Below, piece by piece: positions 48,549 to 61,364 of a DNA stretch of 64,000 bases. Below the pieces are notes generated by a model. It searched no databases and was not told where the DNA came from. It saw only the letters and a program-made list of their open reading frames with translations. Each line of letters opens with the position of its first letter. The stretch's first letter is position 1. The stretch is taken from assembly GCF_037042905.1 (NCBI RefSeq), contig NC_087249.1, positions 7,442,001-7,506,000 on the forward strand, read 5' to 3'. Origin of the DNA: Lytechinus pictus. Lineage: Eukaryota. Made by a program: the position numbers and the translations under genes.

Positions 48549-51500
48549 CGACATCATGCAGATGCTGAGATCCACGGCAGTGTGGTTTGCTTATGAATCT
48601 AGTGACAGTGACGTGGTCATCCAAATGAGTGTCTTCACACAGACCGACCACCAGTCTTCTGTAGGATGTGATCCTGCATAGAGATTCACCTGGAAGCAGC
48701 ACCATAACTGTCTCATCGCAAGGTTATTGTGATGGTTTAGTAGCAAGCCATTGAGTAGAGCTTCCTCAAGATTAGCTTTTGGACGTGCTACAATATCCAT
48801 TACCAGGTGTCAAACAAAAGAGGCCAATCACAAGCACTTGGATGATTTGGAAAGAAGAGAAAGTCACGGGACTTGCGGCAACCTTGCTTGGATCTTTTCC
48901 TTCACCGTTTGTCCGGTTCAAACTCTGTACGGAAGTGGAAGCAACGGATATGTGAATGCATCGCTTGCATCACTGAGCCCTCCACCATGGAATGTGACGT
49001 TCGTAGCGGCTGGGTGCTGATTGGTCAATTGATCCAAAGATTTCATATGCATACACTGCAGACCCCCCAAAAATGTTTCTTTTAGGGGGTGGGCTACATT
49101 TCACAGCCCTAAAAAAGTAAGTAAAGTGGTACAGGATTAGTTAGCGTTGTGATGAGGTATTTCAAGAAACTTGTGGTTAATCGCTAATCTATTTTGTCTC
49201 CCCAAATCAATCATAAGTCTTGCAAATGACTGAAAATTTGCAAGTGATTGTGGATCTGCTTTTGCAACAAGGAGTGTAAACTGATTAGCAAAAGCTGAAA
49301 TTAACCTATCAATTTTAAAGTTGATGCAAAATTTATGATTGATCGAAAACATTTCGTGCAACACCCCCTCAGATTCATTCCAACACTGATAAAGAACTAT
49401 AACTTTGGTGAAACTAAATCCCATTGTTTTGGGGATTTTATAGTGTTGATGTGAGTCGTGGGAGGCTTCTAGGTAGTGTATACTGCAACCCTTTCTATAA
49501 ACTTTAGCTGCATGTTTCTTGAAGCCAGAGGTATGGTGAGCTTTGCAGATGCTGTGTGATGATTTAACCATCCTCTAATTGTTTTTGCTTTGGTCAAGAT
49601 TGAGAAATCTTGAATAATCTCAGTATTCTTTCATTCTTGTTATCAAGTGCACTTTTTCATACCCTTGTACCTGTGTGAATGTATTCAGTAGTTCTGTCCG
49701 TCACCTGTTGTTTATTAACTGAAGAGTGCACCTTAAACCAATCGTTGGATTTTGATGATATAAAAGAGCTGAGGTCATAAAACAACTCTTAGTTTCTCTC
49801 CACATGCAAACTTTTCAAAAACGAGCAGTGTGACTATTGCACACCCTGCATCTATAGTGGTTTAAATTGGTTAGAAATAGGTTTTATTTGACTTCGAGGA
49901 AAAGCATAGCTGTTTGTTACCAAGCAACCAACGGACTGATAGCAAAAGATCCTCACAGAGGAACCTTTAACTTAGGATGAATGAACTACCAAAGTGCTTA
50001 AATGTATTGGATTTGTTCCAAACTTGGGTTACTGGGTTACATTATATATATATTTTTTTTTAAATTCCCAGTGAAGAAGAATAAAAGATTCCTTCCATAT
50101 AGAAATGTTTTGGTCATTTTTTCCATCATTCTCAAGAATATTTATCCCACCAAAGATATTTTCCATGTACATACCTTGATTTTCTTACAGAGAAACATCG
50201 TCTTTCAATATAATTCACTTCCTTACTTCTACATGCATGCCACTATAAAGGGGTGTTGCAAGTAATTCAGTTGCAGTCTTTTGCAAGTATCAATGACAAA
50301 TTTGTGACAGACGGATCAAGTCTTAACTTTACCCAAGTAACCCAATCAATACATACTTTCGGCTACAAGAAGCCAACCAGCAATCAAGTGCATATTTGCA
50401 TAGATTGACTACATTTCCTGATTAATTTTAGGATTTTAAATGACATGCAATTGATTGCGAGTTATTTGCAATGCCCCACTGACGTAACCATCTGCCTTTT
50501 TTGTATAACTTGTATTTTTCAATTATAATTTAATCCCCATAGATGAAATTATAGTTCTTTGGTAGCATTTTTGGAAGCATTTTTCTTAGTTATATCTCTT
50601 GACAAGTATCATAAGCCTCTAAATTTCTTGCTTCTGATCGGCTGAAAGCAAATTTTTTACTTTTTTTTTAATAAAATATTTTTTATGTGTTCAGTAGCAG
50701 CTAGCATTCTTTGAGTCACTCTAAAGCCCGGCGGACACTACAGGATCCATTGCTGCGTGATTTTCAAAGATTTATTAGCAGCCTTTGATATGTACATTCG
50801 AACGATGAGAAATCAAAATTCTGAATCGTGATATGAATATTTAAATCAAAATCCATTTTCTGTTTTATTTCAATTCTCGCTGTGCATCGCATATTCAGTT
50901 GCAAATTGCAATGAAGTCATCATTAGCTCTGACTTCTTGAACTTCTTGGACTTTACTCAGACCACAGATTTCTTAGTTTAGTATACCTGGCATTATACCG
51001 AACTACTATTAACAAAATTATGTTACTTCTTGCAACTTAGCCTACATATTAAATGCAAAATGCAGTTTGTTTAGTCACAATTCTTTAACTAACTATTACA
51101 CTATGAAAGCAGAGAACAATAGGTTCAGTGAACCAAATCTATTCTTCTGTGCTTTTATAAATAAATATAATAGTGAGTTAGACTCTAAAGAAATGTGACT
51201 GGTGGTGCATGGCAGACCTAAACACCCTTAACTTCAAAGCATTAGACTGAATCATGTGTGAAGATGTATGATGTCACATATTCAAGTGGAGGGGAGGGGG
51301 GGGGGGTGACCCAAAGGATCCCCTACCCCTCAAAAAATAGGTCGGTTGCTCAAATATATGCCAGTGGGATTAACAATGGGTTTTAGTGAGCCGAATCTCT
51401 ATTCTGTCTTTGACATTCCGTTAAATTTTCTATTGTGGATCCAAAAGTCTGTTTGGATGTGTGTCTGTGTCAGGGCTGTTCATTTACTACATTTTTTTTT

Positions 51501-52002
51501 TCTGTAATGAGTTAGTCGTGAACAATTTTGAATGTATTTACTATTGTTTGACTTTCTTGTTGGTGCCCATTATGAAAGTGAAAGATTAGAATTGATGGTG
51601 AAATCTGTAGTTATGGGAAAGTTTGTTTTAGTTTAATTAACCAGTTTATTTATTCTTCTTTAAGGTCCAATGATTCAAACTTTGTTAAGATTTTTGCAGT
51701 AGTGGAGTGAATATCAGGCTAGCTTTTAGCAGCAGAAAGAATGTGCTGATAAGCATTGTACTATATTTTTAAAAAGGAATGCACTGTTAACAGTGCACTT
51801 TATGCTTTTAAAATTTTTATCAGTGTAAAAGATTTTATTTACATACTCAAATTCTCTATTTTCAGTGAACCGATTATCTATTTTTCATTACCGGCCGCAC
51901 AGAAACGTTTTTAGCACAACTGACAATGGGTTAACGAACCCTGTTATGACCGGTTATATCTCAGCTAAGCCAATCCAAATGTCATAATCTGAAGAAAAAA
52001 TC

Positions 52003-52275
52003 ATATAGGATTTGCATAGCGCACATATCCACCTTGCTAGGTGCTCAACGTGCTCCTACATGTATATTACCCTGGCTAAGCTAGTCTACCGATTCCGGTG
52101 CGCACAGCTTTTTGAGGAATTACTTCCTGCCGGTACCCATTTACCTTGCCTGGGTTGAGTGCAGCACAATGTGTGTACATTTCTTGCTGAAAGAAAACAC
52201 GGCATGGCTTGGAATTGAACCCACGTCTTTCAGATTGAATGACGAGAGTCTTAACCACTAGACCACGGCGCCCCC
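52003..52275 (-). mobile_element. Full-length tRNA-derived SINE with Deu/Nin-like core and L2-type tail
   Basis: Head GGGGCGCCGTGGTCTAGTGGTTAAG...GGGTTCAATTCC; core cagcaagaaat...ctcaacccagg...aatgggtacc; tail gtgcgctat. Confidence 0.8.
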
Positions 52276-53222
52276 ACACGAAAGATGTGACGGGGCCTAC
52301 TGTTTGTGCTCTGTTAGCGCTAACAACCTTTCTGTGTGGCCTGTATTGGGTTGAGAGTTTTGAGTAAATTGAGTAAAATAAAATCATAATGTAGCTTATT
52401 TTGATATAATGCTTTATCATAATATAGCTTATTTTAATGTAATGCTTTAAAATAAGAAGAGTAAACACACTTCTAATGATAGTAAACACAATAGTGATCT
52501 CCCATTTTAAACTTAAATTTTACCATTTTACTCTTTTATTAAATGTTTTGGAAGACATCAAAATTGAATATGGAAATTATCTTATGTACATTGCAATGTA
52601 TTTATTTTAGAAGAAGCAAAAATTATATTTTTTCCAAAATTTTAAATGATTACTCCCCATCCACTTCCAATATTACAAAATGTTTACTGACTAAATTGCC
52701 TTCTTGTATTCAGTCTATAAGAATGTTCCCTCCTTTTCCGATTGTGCCTTGCTTCTTCATTTTTGTATACCCGCCATTTTATGATATTTGACGAATCTTG
52801 CCAATATTAGAGTATGTGGTGGTTTTCCTTGGTAACATACATTATATCCGTCCAGAGAGTGCATGTTATATTTTGTATTATTTTAGTTATTGCAATTTTC
52901 AATATTCAGATATGTAAATGTATATGGGATTTTATCACTATATATGTGTATATTTTAATTGTATTTTCTACTTTTAAAAAAGAATGAAACTTTGTTATAT
53001 TTAGAATATTTTAATATTGCACATAGTCATTCTGTTCACAAGTGACTTTTTGTGGGCACTTGAATTGCAGTCTGTCTTTTATTTACCTGTAACACTATTA
53101 CACTTCCTATTGTGCTTAAAGATGCATCATCATAATAATGTTTTACCTTGTAAGAGGTTTACATATCATTTCAAGTCCGACTTGATATTTATTTGCAAAA
53201 AAGCCCCAAAATATGTATTTAT

Positions 53223-53618
53223 CAGACCTGCCAACCAGTACGTTTTAGCCGTATTAAGTACGTTTTTGCAACCAAAATACGGCAGTATGTTTTTTCTTTG
53301 AAAAATACGTTGAGAAAAATAATCTCTATATGTCTCTATTTCATAAAACGTACACAAATATGGTAATTAGATCAATGTAATTTCAGGTAACTTTTTTTTT
53401 TTTCAATCATTTTGTTAAAACCAGGGTGAAGATATACACATGTTTGAATGTTTTTTTTTTCATCTGCAAGAGCAGTGCGCATTTTAGCTTGCATGCAGCT
53501 TGAGCGCCGCGATAAGCGAGTGCGCCAAGCATTTTATTATGAAATACACTTTTTGGGGGAAAATACAGTTTTTTTATCACAGAATACAGTTTTTCATTCC
53601 CAGAGGTAGGCAGGTCTG
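53223..53618. mobile_element. MITE with CAGACCTGCC termini, probable 9-bp TSD (Mutator-like)
   Basis: cagacctgcc...ggcaggtctg; flanks tgtatttat / catatttat. Confidence 0.65.
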
Positions 53619-54104
53619 CATATTTATCTCACACGGTAAAAATACTGATTTTTGTCAAAATACTGATTTTGGGGGATAAGAATACTGAAAATGCAAAATA
53701 CAACTTGGCAGCTCTGATTTATAGTTATAAAAAAACAAAGAATTCTTGCGAAAATAGAAAATATTGTCAGCTCTACATGTACATGATGATTGCGACGGGG
53801 CAGGCTTGTGAGAACAGTGAAATAGGCATGCTCCTTTGCAAATTTAGATAAATAATATAACAATATAAAGGACTCCCTATTCTTTTCACTTAGGCATAAG
53901 TTCGTGAGATGAAAATTATGTTCAAATGCAGCAGCATTGATCTTACAAAGTGTTTCAGTGCTAACTTTCAAAGGGAGTGTTTCATAAAGCTCGTTGTTGT
54001 TGTTGTTTATGCATAACTTTATGCAAGACTGGTGCCCTTTTTCTATATGATGTATCCCTATTTTGCTGACTTAGTACCTGAGAACATTTTCCAGTCGTGC
54101 TTAA

Positions 54105-54730
54105 AGGGGAATGAAACCTGTGGAACAAGTGGGCTTGTGTGGAAACAGAAAAATCAAAGAGTAAGATCAAAGAAAGTTTGAGAAATATTGGACAAATAAT
54201 GAGAAATTTATGAGCATTTGAATATTGCAATCACCAATGCTATGGAGATCATCCGATTGGCAATGCGACAAAGGTGTGTGATGTAACATGTGAACAACTT
54301 TCCCATTGATGAACTGTAAATTACCCCCAAAATGTCTCTTTTTGCTCTTATGGTGATACAAACTGTTCATCCATAATCTATTTTTTGAAAATCTTTATTA
54401 CATGCCCTCCTATAGAAAGAATACATGATCTACTGATAGATGTGAAAAAAGAGGCAGTTTAAGTGAAATATATACAAAAATTAATGGCAAAGTTGTTCAC
54501 ATGTGACATCACCACTGATCTCTCCACTAAGGGAGAGATCAGTGGACATCACGCATCTTTGTCGCATTGCCAAAGGGAGGATCTATATTACAATAATGAT
54601 CTACATGTAAACTTGAAATGCTCATAACTTTCTTATTATTTATTCAAATTTTCTCAAACCTTTGTTGATCTGTTTCTTTGATTTTTCTGTTTTTGCACAA
54701 GCTATCTTGTTCCTAAGGTTTTATTTTCCT
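54105..54730. mobile_element. Kolobok-like MITE containing a 32-bp micro-element
   Basis: ttaa|aggggaatgaaacc...ggttttattttcct|ttaa. Confidence 0.78.
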
Positions 54731-55498
54731 TTAAAAAGTCATTGATAACTTTACGAACAGCCTTTTGACATACCACCCAGATTTTCTTTTTTTGTCCCGG
54801 ATCCTTGCACATGCAATACATTCCTACTAAAACATTGTCATCGCATTTATTTCTGTTTTGAACATAATTTGCAACAGGTTATTGAGGATTAATTCATTTC
54901 AAAATGGTGGTAGCATTCGGATGTGGCTTGCAAATGGCAAATGAATGAGAAAACTCAGAAAATATCAAGATTGCTATATGAAAAATTAAAAAAGAACTAT
55001 TTTTTACATTTTTCTCCCAGTTATAATACTGTAAATTTCTGCTTGTATTTGTAATTTGTCTTACATTTTCATTGAAATTTTCTGTTGGTTTTTGGATTTT
55101 TGAGCAGATAGGATTTCCTGTTATAATATGTGCTTACATTTTACCCCCATGTCCTTAAAGAAACTCTGCATATTTCCTAGTTGCTTTTTTCTGTAATTTC
55201 AAATTTTATTTTATTTTTTAAAGGATTGTGAATTTCTATTTGAATGGGATATAACCAGTTTGTTTATTGTCATTAATTTGTACTGGGCTCAGTTAATTTT
55301 TTTTGTATCTTTTAAAAAAAGATCAGATTTAACAATATTGCAACAACAACAAAAATAAGGTTGGAATTCACCCTTATTGCCGTATGTAATAGGAATGTGC
55401 AGATTTTAGCTGATTTAAAAATGTGTTTTGTTCGTAGTAACACTTGTGAGGATAGATACGTGCAGATGCATAATCTCTTGACAAAATTGTAAAATTCT

Positions 55499-55680
55499 AA
55501 TAAAGAATGAAATATTTTATTGATGGTAATTTATACATAGCAAAATGTAATTTTCAGGGACATGGTTCTCCTACATTGTACATTGCAACTGTAAAGCCTG
55601 ATTACTACAAGCAAATAAATCGATGATTTATGTGAAGCTCTAACAGGGAATGTGTGGGCTTTCTTGTCGTGTGGTTTTAG
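55499..55680 (+). terminator. Candidate polyadenylation region of TTLL6/13
   Basis: AATAAA at 55499 and 55614 followed by a GT-rich element (tgtgtgggctttcttgtcgtgtggtttt) at the end of a long T-rich UTR-like tract. Confidence 0.35.
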
Positions 55681-55844
55681 TTATACATGTAAATCCTGGT
55701 GCGGTTTGAGGTAGGCTTGTATCATCTCCATCGCCTCCGTTGTTCCATCTCCTTTTTCTTCTCTTCCTCCCAACATCTTTATTCATCATGTTCTTCTTAT
55801 TGTTTTCTTCTTCCCCTCTTTATCTTCATCCTCTCGATGTCTAA

Positions 55845-57040
55845 TAATGATAATAATAATAATAAAACATTGCTTATATAGCGCATATAACGATGATGAA
55901 ATCATGTCTCTATGCGCTTTAGAAAGAAGAATAGAAAGAATGGAGAAGAAAGAAAAGCCTGTTCACAGAGGAGCAAATATATAATCAATTGATAGGTACA
56001 TGTATATCTTATTTTACAAAAAGGAATGTCTTCAAAAGGGACTTGAAGGATTCTACATTATTAGCTTGTTAAACAATATCAGGTAATTTATTCCAAAGTT
56101 CAGCAGAGGACATTTTGAATGAACGAGCGCCGTAGAATTGAGTGTTAATTTTGGGAACTACAAGGAGAGATTTGTTGTTTGACCTTAATTTTCTTTGGGG
56201 TACATACTGTTCAATGAGTTCTTTGAGATAGAATGACGATTGACCTTGTAAGCATTGATATGTTAGGAGTAATATCTTGTATTCAATACGGGATTTTACA
56301 GGAAGCTAGTGTAATTCTTGTAGTATGGGTGTTGTGTGTTCGCTGCGCCTCGTTCTTGTTATGAGTCTCGCTGCCGAGTTTTTGATCCTTTGAAGTTTAT
56401 GAATTTGATTATCAGGGAGGCGATACAAAATGCTTTTACAAAAATCAATGCGTGATATTACAAGAGCGTTAACCAATTTCTTTGTGGCTTCTGTTGTTAG
56501 AAACTTGCGAATTTTCCCAATGTTATACAAGGCAAATGAACTAGTTTTACATACATTGTTTATTTGAGCTTTCATACTAAGTTTTCTATCCAGTTGTATA
56601 CCAAGATTTCTTGCAGTTTCTACACATTTAACATAGGTATTATCAAGTTCTATTCCTTCTATCTGTCTACTATTTCTAAATTTACTAGTGAGATGAAGCA
56701 CTGCAGTTTTATTACAATTAAGTTTCAGTCCATTATCAGTTGACCAATTAATTACATCTCGGACACACCTCTCAAGTCTGGCAGTGGCATCTTGCTGCTC
56801 ACTGTTTTTTAGGACTATGTACATTTGCGTATCATCAGCATACATCATGCAGCTTATCTTATGGTGAGTGATGACATCCTGAAGAGGAGCAGCATATAAA
56901 TTAAAGGCTAAAGGTCCGACAACTGAGCCTTGAGGTACTCCATGACTGGTATAGCAGGTACGTGAATTTGATTCTCCAATCAAAACAGAATGTCTCCTAT
57001 TTTGGAAATAAGATTGAAACCACCTCAAAGCATCTTCACA
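55845..57040 (-). mobile_element. 5'-truncated L2/CR1-group LINE (reverse transcriptase C-terminal part to 3' tail), decayed
   Basis: GVPQGSVVGP and YADDTQ RT motifs; in-frame TAG where LHWLP is expected, frame continues LPVKSRIEYKILLLTY...LWNKLP...LKTFLF; ends in (ATT)n tail. Confidence 0.92.
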
Positions 57041-57480
57041 AATTCCGTAGCGTGTCTGGAGACGGGAGAATAAAGATGTCTACTATCACACCTTCCCTTC
57101 TCTCTCTCCCGTTCCCTCTCTTCTGCTCTGTTTCTCTTTTCCCCATACCTTATTTTTGTTTTCATTTTCTCTTCATGCGTCTTATTTTTTTAATTAAATC
57201 ATCCATCCATCAATCTTTCCATCCATCCATTCATTCTTATCTCCAATTCAAATTATCTGATTTCCTAATACGAAAACAAAAAAGGAATGCATTCATTGAT
57301 TTATAGCCGGCAGTGAATAATCTATATTTTATACATATAATAAAGATGTGCATAATTAACTCATTCTTTACCATTAAACATTACCACTAATCTCCATATA
57401 ATATTCACAGAATGATATGATAATGCATAGCGCGTTGCAAGAACCTTGCAGGCGATTGCGAGTCAAATTTAGGTCTTTAA

Positions 57481-58686
57481 AGGTCAAGTCCACCCCAGAA
57501 AAAATTGATTTGAATCAATAGAGAAAAATCAAACAAGGATAATGCTGAAAGTTTCATCAAAATTGGATGTAAAATATAAAAGTTTTGAAATTTTAAAGTT
57601 TCCCTTATTTCTTCGCGAAACAGTATGTGCACAACGCAGTTCCATGCAAATGAGAGAGTCGATGATGTCCCTCGCTCACTATTTCTTTTGTCCGAGTTTT
57701 AGGTCACATGACAAAGGTCACTTAGGGTCAACGAACTTTGACCACTGCTGGGGGTATTTGTGGAATTGTCATCATAACTTTGAAATTTTATGGATCTAGT
57801 TCATGAAACTTAAATATAAGAGCAAGTAAATCCCTGAACATCATGTGCGAGTTTCAGGTCAAAGGTCATTTAGAGTCAACGAACTTTGATAATGTTGGGG
57901 GTATGGTGGGATTGTCATCATAACTTTAAAAGTTTAAAGATCTAGTTCATGAAACGTGGACATAAGAGTAAACCATGAATCTCTGAATTTCCTGTGCGTA
58001 TTTCAGTTCACATTACCAAGATCAAAGGCCTTTTAAGGTCAATGAACTTTGTCCGTGTTGGGGTATTTGTTGAATTGGCATCAGAACTTAGAAATATTAT
58101 GGATAGATATAAGGGTAATCAAGTATGAATGATTGTTTTGCACATTTCTTAGGTCACATGATAATAGTCAAAGGTCATGTTGGGTCAATGGACATAGTAC
58201 TTTATTTTCATATGAGTATTTTCTTTTGTGAATAATTACTCAATAGCTGTTTTCAAAGTCAGCACTGCTGCTATATTGAATCGCGTAATGCAGGCGAGAC
58301 AGCCAGAGGCGTTCCACTTATTTTCTATTTGAATTTATACAATATTTTTTATTTTTACAGATGTGACATTAAGGACCAATTTGAATGAACCATAAAATGT
58401 TAATACCATAATGTTTATACCACATGTTCAGGGAGGAATCTTCGTTTCACAGGACAATGAGGACAAAATGAGAATATTTCATATTTTAAAATACAAAAGA
58501 AATAGTGGGTGACGTAATCAGTCCCCTCATTTTGCATTCCAACCGGGATGTGCATATAAAGTGAAACTTTAAATGGTCATAACTTTTTTTTTTTACATCC
58601 AATTTTGATGAAATTTTCAGTGTCGTGCTTGTTGGATTTTTCTCTTTTTATTCAAATGAACGTTTTGTTGGGGGTGGACTTGTCCT
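57481..58686. mobile_element. Kolobok-like MITE interrupted by a Helentron/HINE-like insert (~57690-58320)
   Basis: ttaa|aggtcaagtccacccc...ggggtggacttgtcct|ttaa; insert with about 4 tandem ~140-bp units ending gcaggcgagac...cactta inside a T run. Confidence 0.78.
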
Positions 58687-60481
58687 TTAAATCAATCTTA
58701 AGTCTTTCAATTATTGCAAATGTACAATTGATTGCTAGTCTACTTCTTGAGTATACATTAATATGCTTGAGTTAAAATTGATCAATCATTTGTGAATTTG
58801 CAACTGAAATTTGCAATTGAGAGTAAATATTTTCTGTCAACACTCGTCAAGTTGAATAATGAGACATACAGGGATTTGTAATTATTCGAAACTGCGCTCA
58901 ATTATGTGCATTAAGCAAGCCCCCTACAAGTCTCAACTGACAATTAGTTATAAATTAGCTTTTGCAAGATTTTCAAAAGAATGCATTGAAGCCGTTGATG
59001 TGCGATGTATGATTTTGTGATATGGGAATAATTGCAAGAAGGCTGAATAATACTATAATATCATGTATGTTACTTTTCTTACATGAACAAAGGCAAAATG
59101 GTGTTTCAACAAATTTAGTGGGTTTTTTTTTTCATTTTAGTATTTTTAGCAGCATCGCAAGCGGAAATGGTCAATTAAAAAACACCTATTATGAAAATCT
59201 TTTTGAAAGGAAAGTAAATAGAGAGAAGGGGGAGAGAACATAAAATAAAAAGAGAGATATAATAGAGGGACATTTAAAAATTCTGATTAAAAAATTTATA
59301 AGACCTAAAGTAATTCATAAATTGACTCGATCGAAATGGAAAGCAGCGTAATCCTTGACATTGTACTTAGTAAAAAGAAAAACGAGTTCCGTCTCGCTAC
59401 CTTTAGTGCCCTTGAAATGACCATGATAGTCATTATCGCAATGAATACAGATTGGTTTTGACGCGTCCGAGTTGTTTTTAATCCATCACAAGACAATATC
59501 TTACATCATAAAATATGAATAAAAATAATACCTGAGGCTTCCTGATGTTCTAAAACGGTTGCGCTTGTTATACTGGTCTGCATTCTACTGCAGATCGAAC
59601 AATAGTTCTCTTTTTTTTTTCTTCTTTAAAACTCAGTATTACAGCCACGGTCATGGTCATATTTAAGCATGCACAAATTGTCAGATTTTCCCCTTTATTT
59701 TACATATTTCACATCATCTCCCCCTGACCTTGAAATATGTGGTGTGAATTATATTTTCCCATGACATATGTCATGCTCACAAGAAGGCAATATGCAAATT
59801 TGAATATAAGAGGGAAAATCTGAAAAAAAAATTGTGTACAAAACAAAATGGAGAGTTGTCCACAAAATCAGCCATTTTGAAGCACGTTTGCCAATTTGAG
59901 GATCCCCATAGAAAGTACAATAAGACTATTTAAACGTCCATAACGTGCTTATTTCACAACCGATTTTGATGAATCTTGTTTTAAATTGTTCCTATTATTT
60001 TACTCTTTCCAATAAGATTGCTTCTCATCTTGGGTTTTGGTTTCCTTTAATTCTACCACTGACTCTATAATTACAGTACTGTATAGGAATCGTGCTTGGA
60101 TGCTAAACATTGATGCTCCTGGTGCTAATAATTAATGATTGCCTTTTATGATTTCTGAACCATTTCAAACTTTCCCAACAATGCATTCAAAGGGGACGCT
60201 CACCCTAATTAGAATCTTGATTATTTGAATAAGAATAAAAGTAATATACAGTTCTTGTATAGCGCATATCACCATGGGTGTCGATCGGTATTCTTGGTTG
60301 GGGGGATGATTGACACAAATGTTCTTGTGGATGGGGATCTTTCAACATTACCCCCACTAAAATCACAAGTTAGGACATTTGGGAGTGGTTGATATGCATG
60401 GTGTTCTTGCAGTAGTGTACCGTGAATCACGGCATTGGGCGGGGGGGGGGGGGGTACCATCAACATTTTTGAGTCACTTAA

Positions 60482-61364
60482 GGGGTGTTGCAAGAAACTT
60501 GCGATTGAACGCAAAAAAAAATTGGGGGGGATTTTGTTTTGAAAACTTGTGTAAATTATACCAGTTTCAATTTCCCATAGATTTTTTTCAAGAAAAACTT
60601 AAAATAATGTTATTGTCAATCTTCATAGGCCTCTGCAGCAATTATGCCATTATTTTCACACAACTTCACTACATTCTCTTCTAATATCATTTTAAAGTGT
60701 GTCAATCACCAAAAATATTCTGCTCTTGTTATCAGAGGTCATGGAATATTCAAATTGTGATTTCTGAAATAATTTGTATGAAGAAATGTTTAAGAAATAA
60801 TAACTCTCCATAGGCACAAAAGCCACTCTTTATTAAAACACTTCATGCACTGGCAAATTCTTATAAATATTTCTGAGGGTTTGTAGTAAATACAATTCAG
60901 AATTTGTTTTGCAAGAGCACCAAAATGCTTTAATGCTTTCATTCATACATATCATAATGAATAACATGCCCAATTAAGTTATTTTAGTTTGATTTTCAAA
61001 TTAAACATACATTTCAGGAGATTGCTACACTTCAAAATCTGAAGCTCTCTTGTTTCTCCTCTTGCAAAAAAAATTCTGATTTTTTGGGCAGAAATAGTAC
61101 ACAAGCCTATGGACAATCAATTGAACGTAAATCGAGCGGAAAATTTGCGCGTCCTCCAAAATCTCACATAAGTTACGTTCGATTTGCAATCAATTGCAAA
61201 GCTTGCGCTTGATCTACGTTCAATTGATCAAACGCAACTTCTTCTTGCAACAGGATTGAACGTAACTTGCGTTCAATTGCAGATATGCGATGTCGGAGGA
61301 CTTACGCTCAATTTTGGGAGTTGCGTTCGATTTGCGTTCAATCGCAAGTTTCTTGCAACACCCC
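60482..61364. mobile_element. MITE with perfect ~32-bp TIRs
   Basis: ggggtgttgcaagaaacttgcgattgaacgcaa...ttgcgttcaatcgcaagtttcttgcaacacccc. Confidence 0.82.

Noticed and set aside
49137..49571. 144-aa minus-strand ORF and other 60-140 aa ORFs in introns and UTR
   Set aside because: No recognisable motifs or splice context; antisense shadows of exons, repeats or chance ORFs
56306..57028. 240-aa reverse transcriptase ORF as a retron or other novel RT system
   Set aside because: 5'-truncated L2/CR1 LINE with an in-frame stop and a typical 3' tail
57700..58200. CRISPR-like repeat-spacer array (also 6060-6760)
   Set aside because: Eukaryotic context, repeats degenerate, inter-repeat segments not unique spacers of fixed length, no cas genes; internal repeats of transposons
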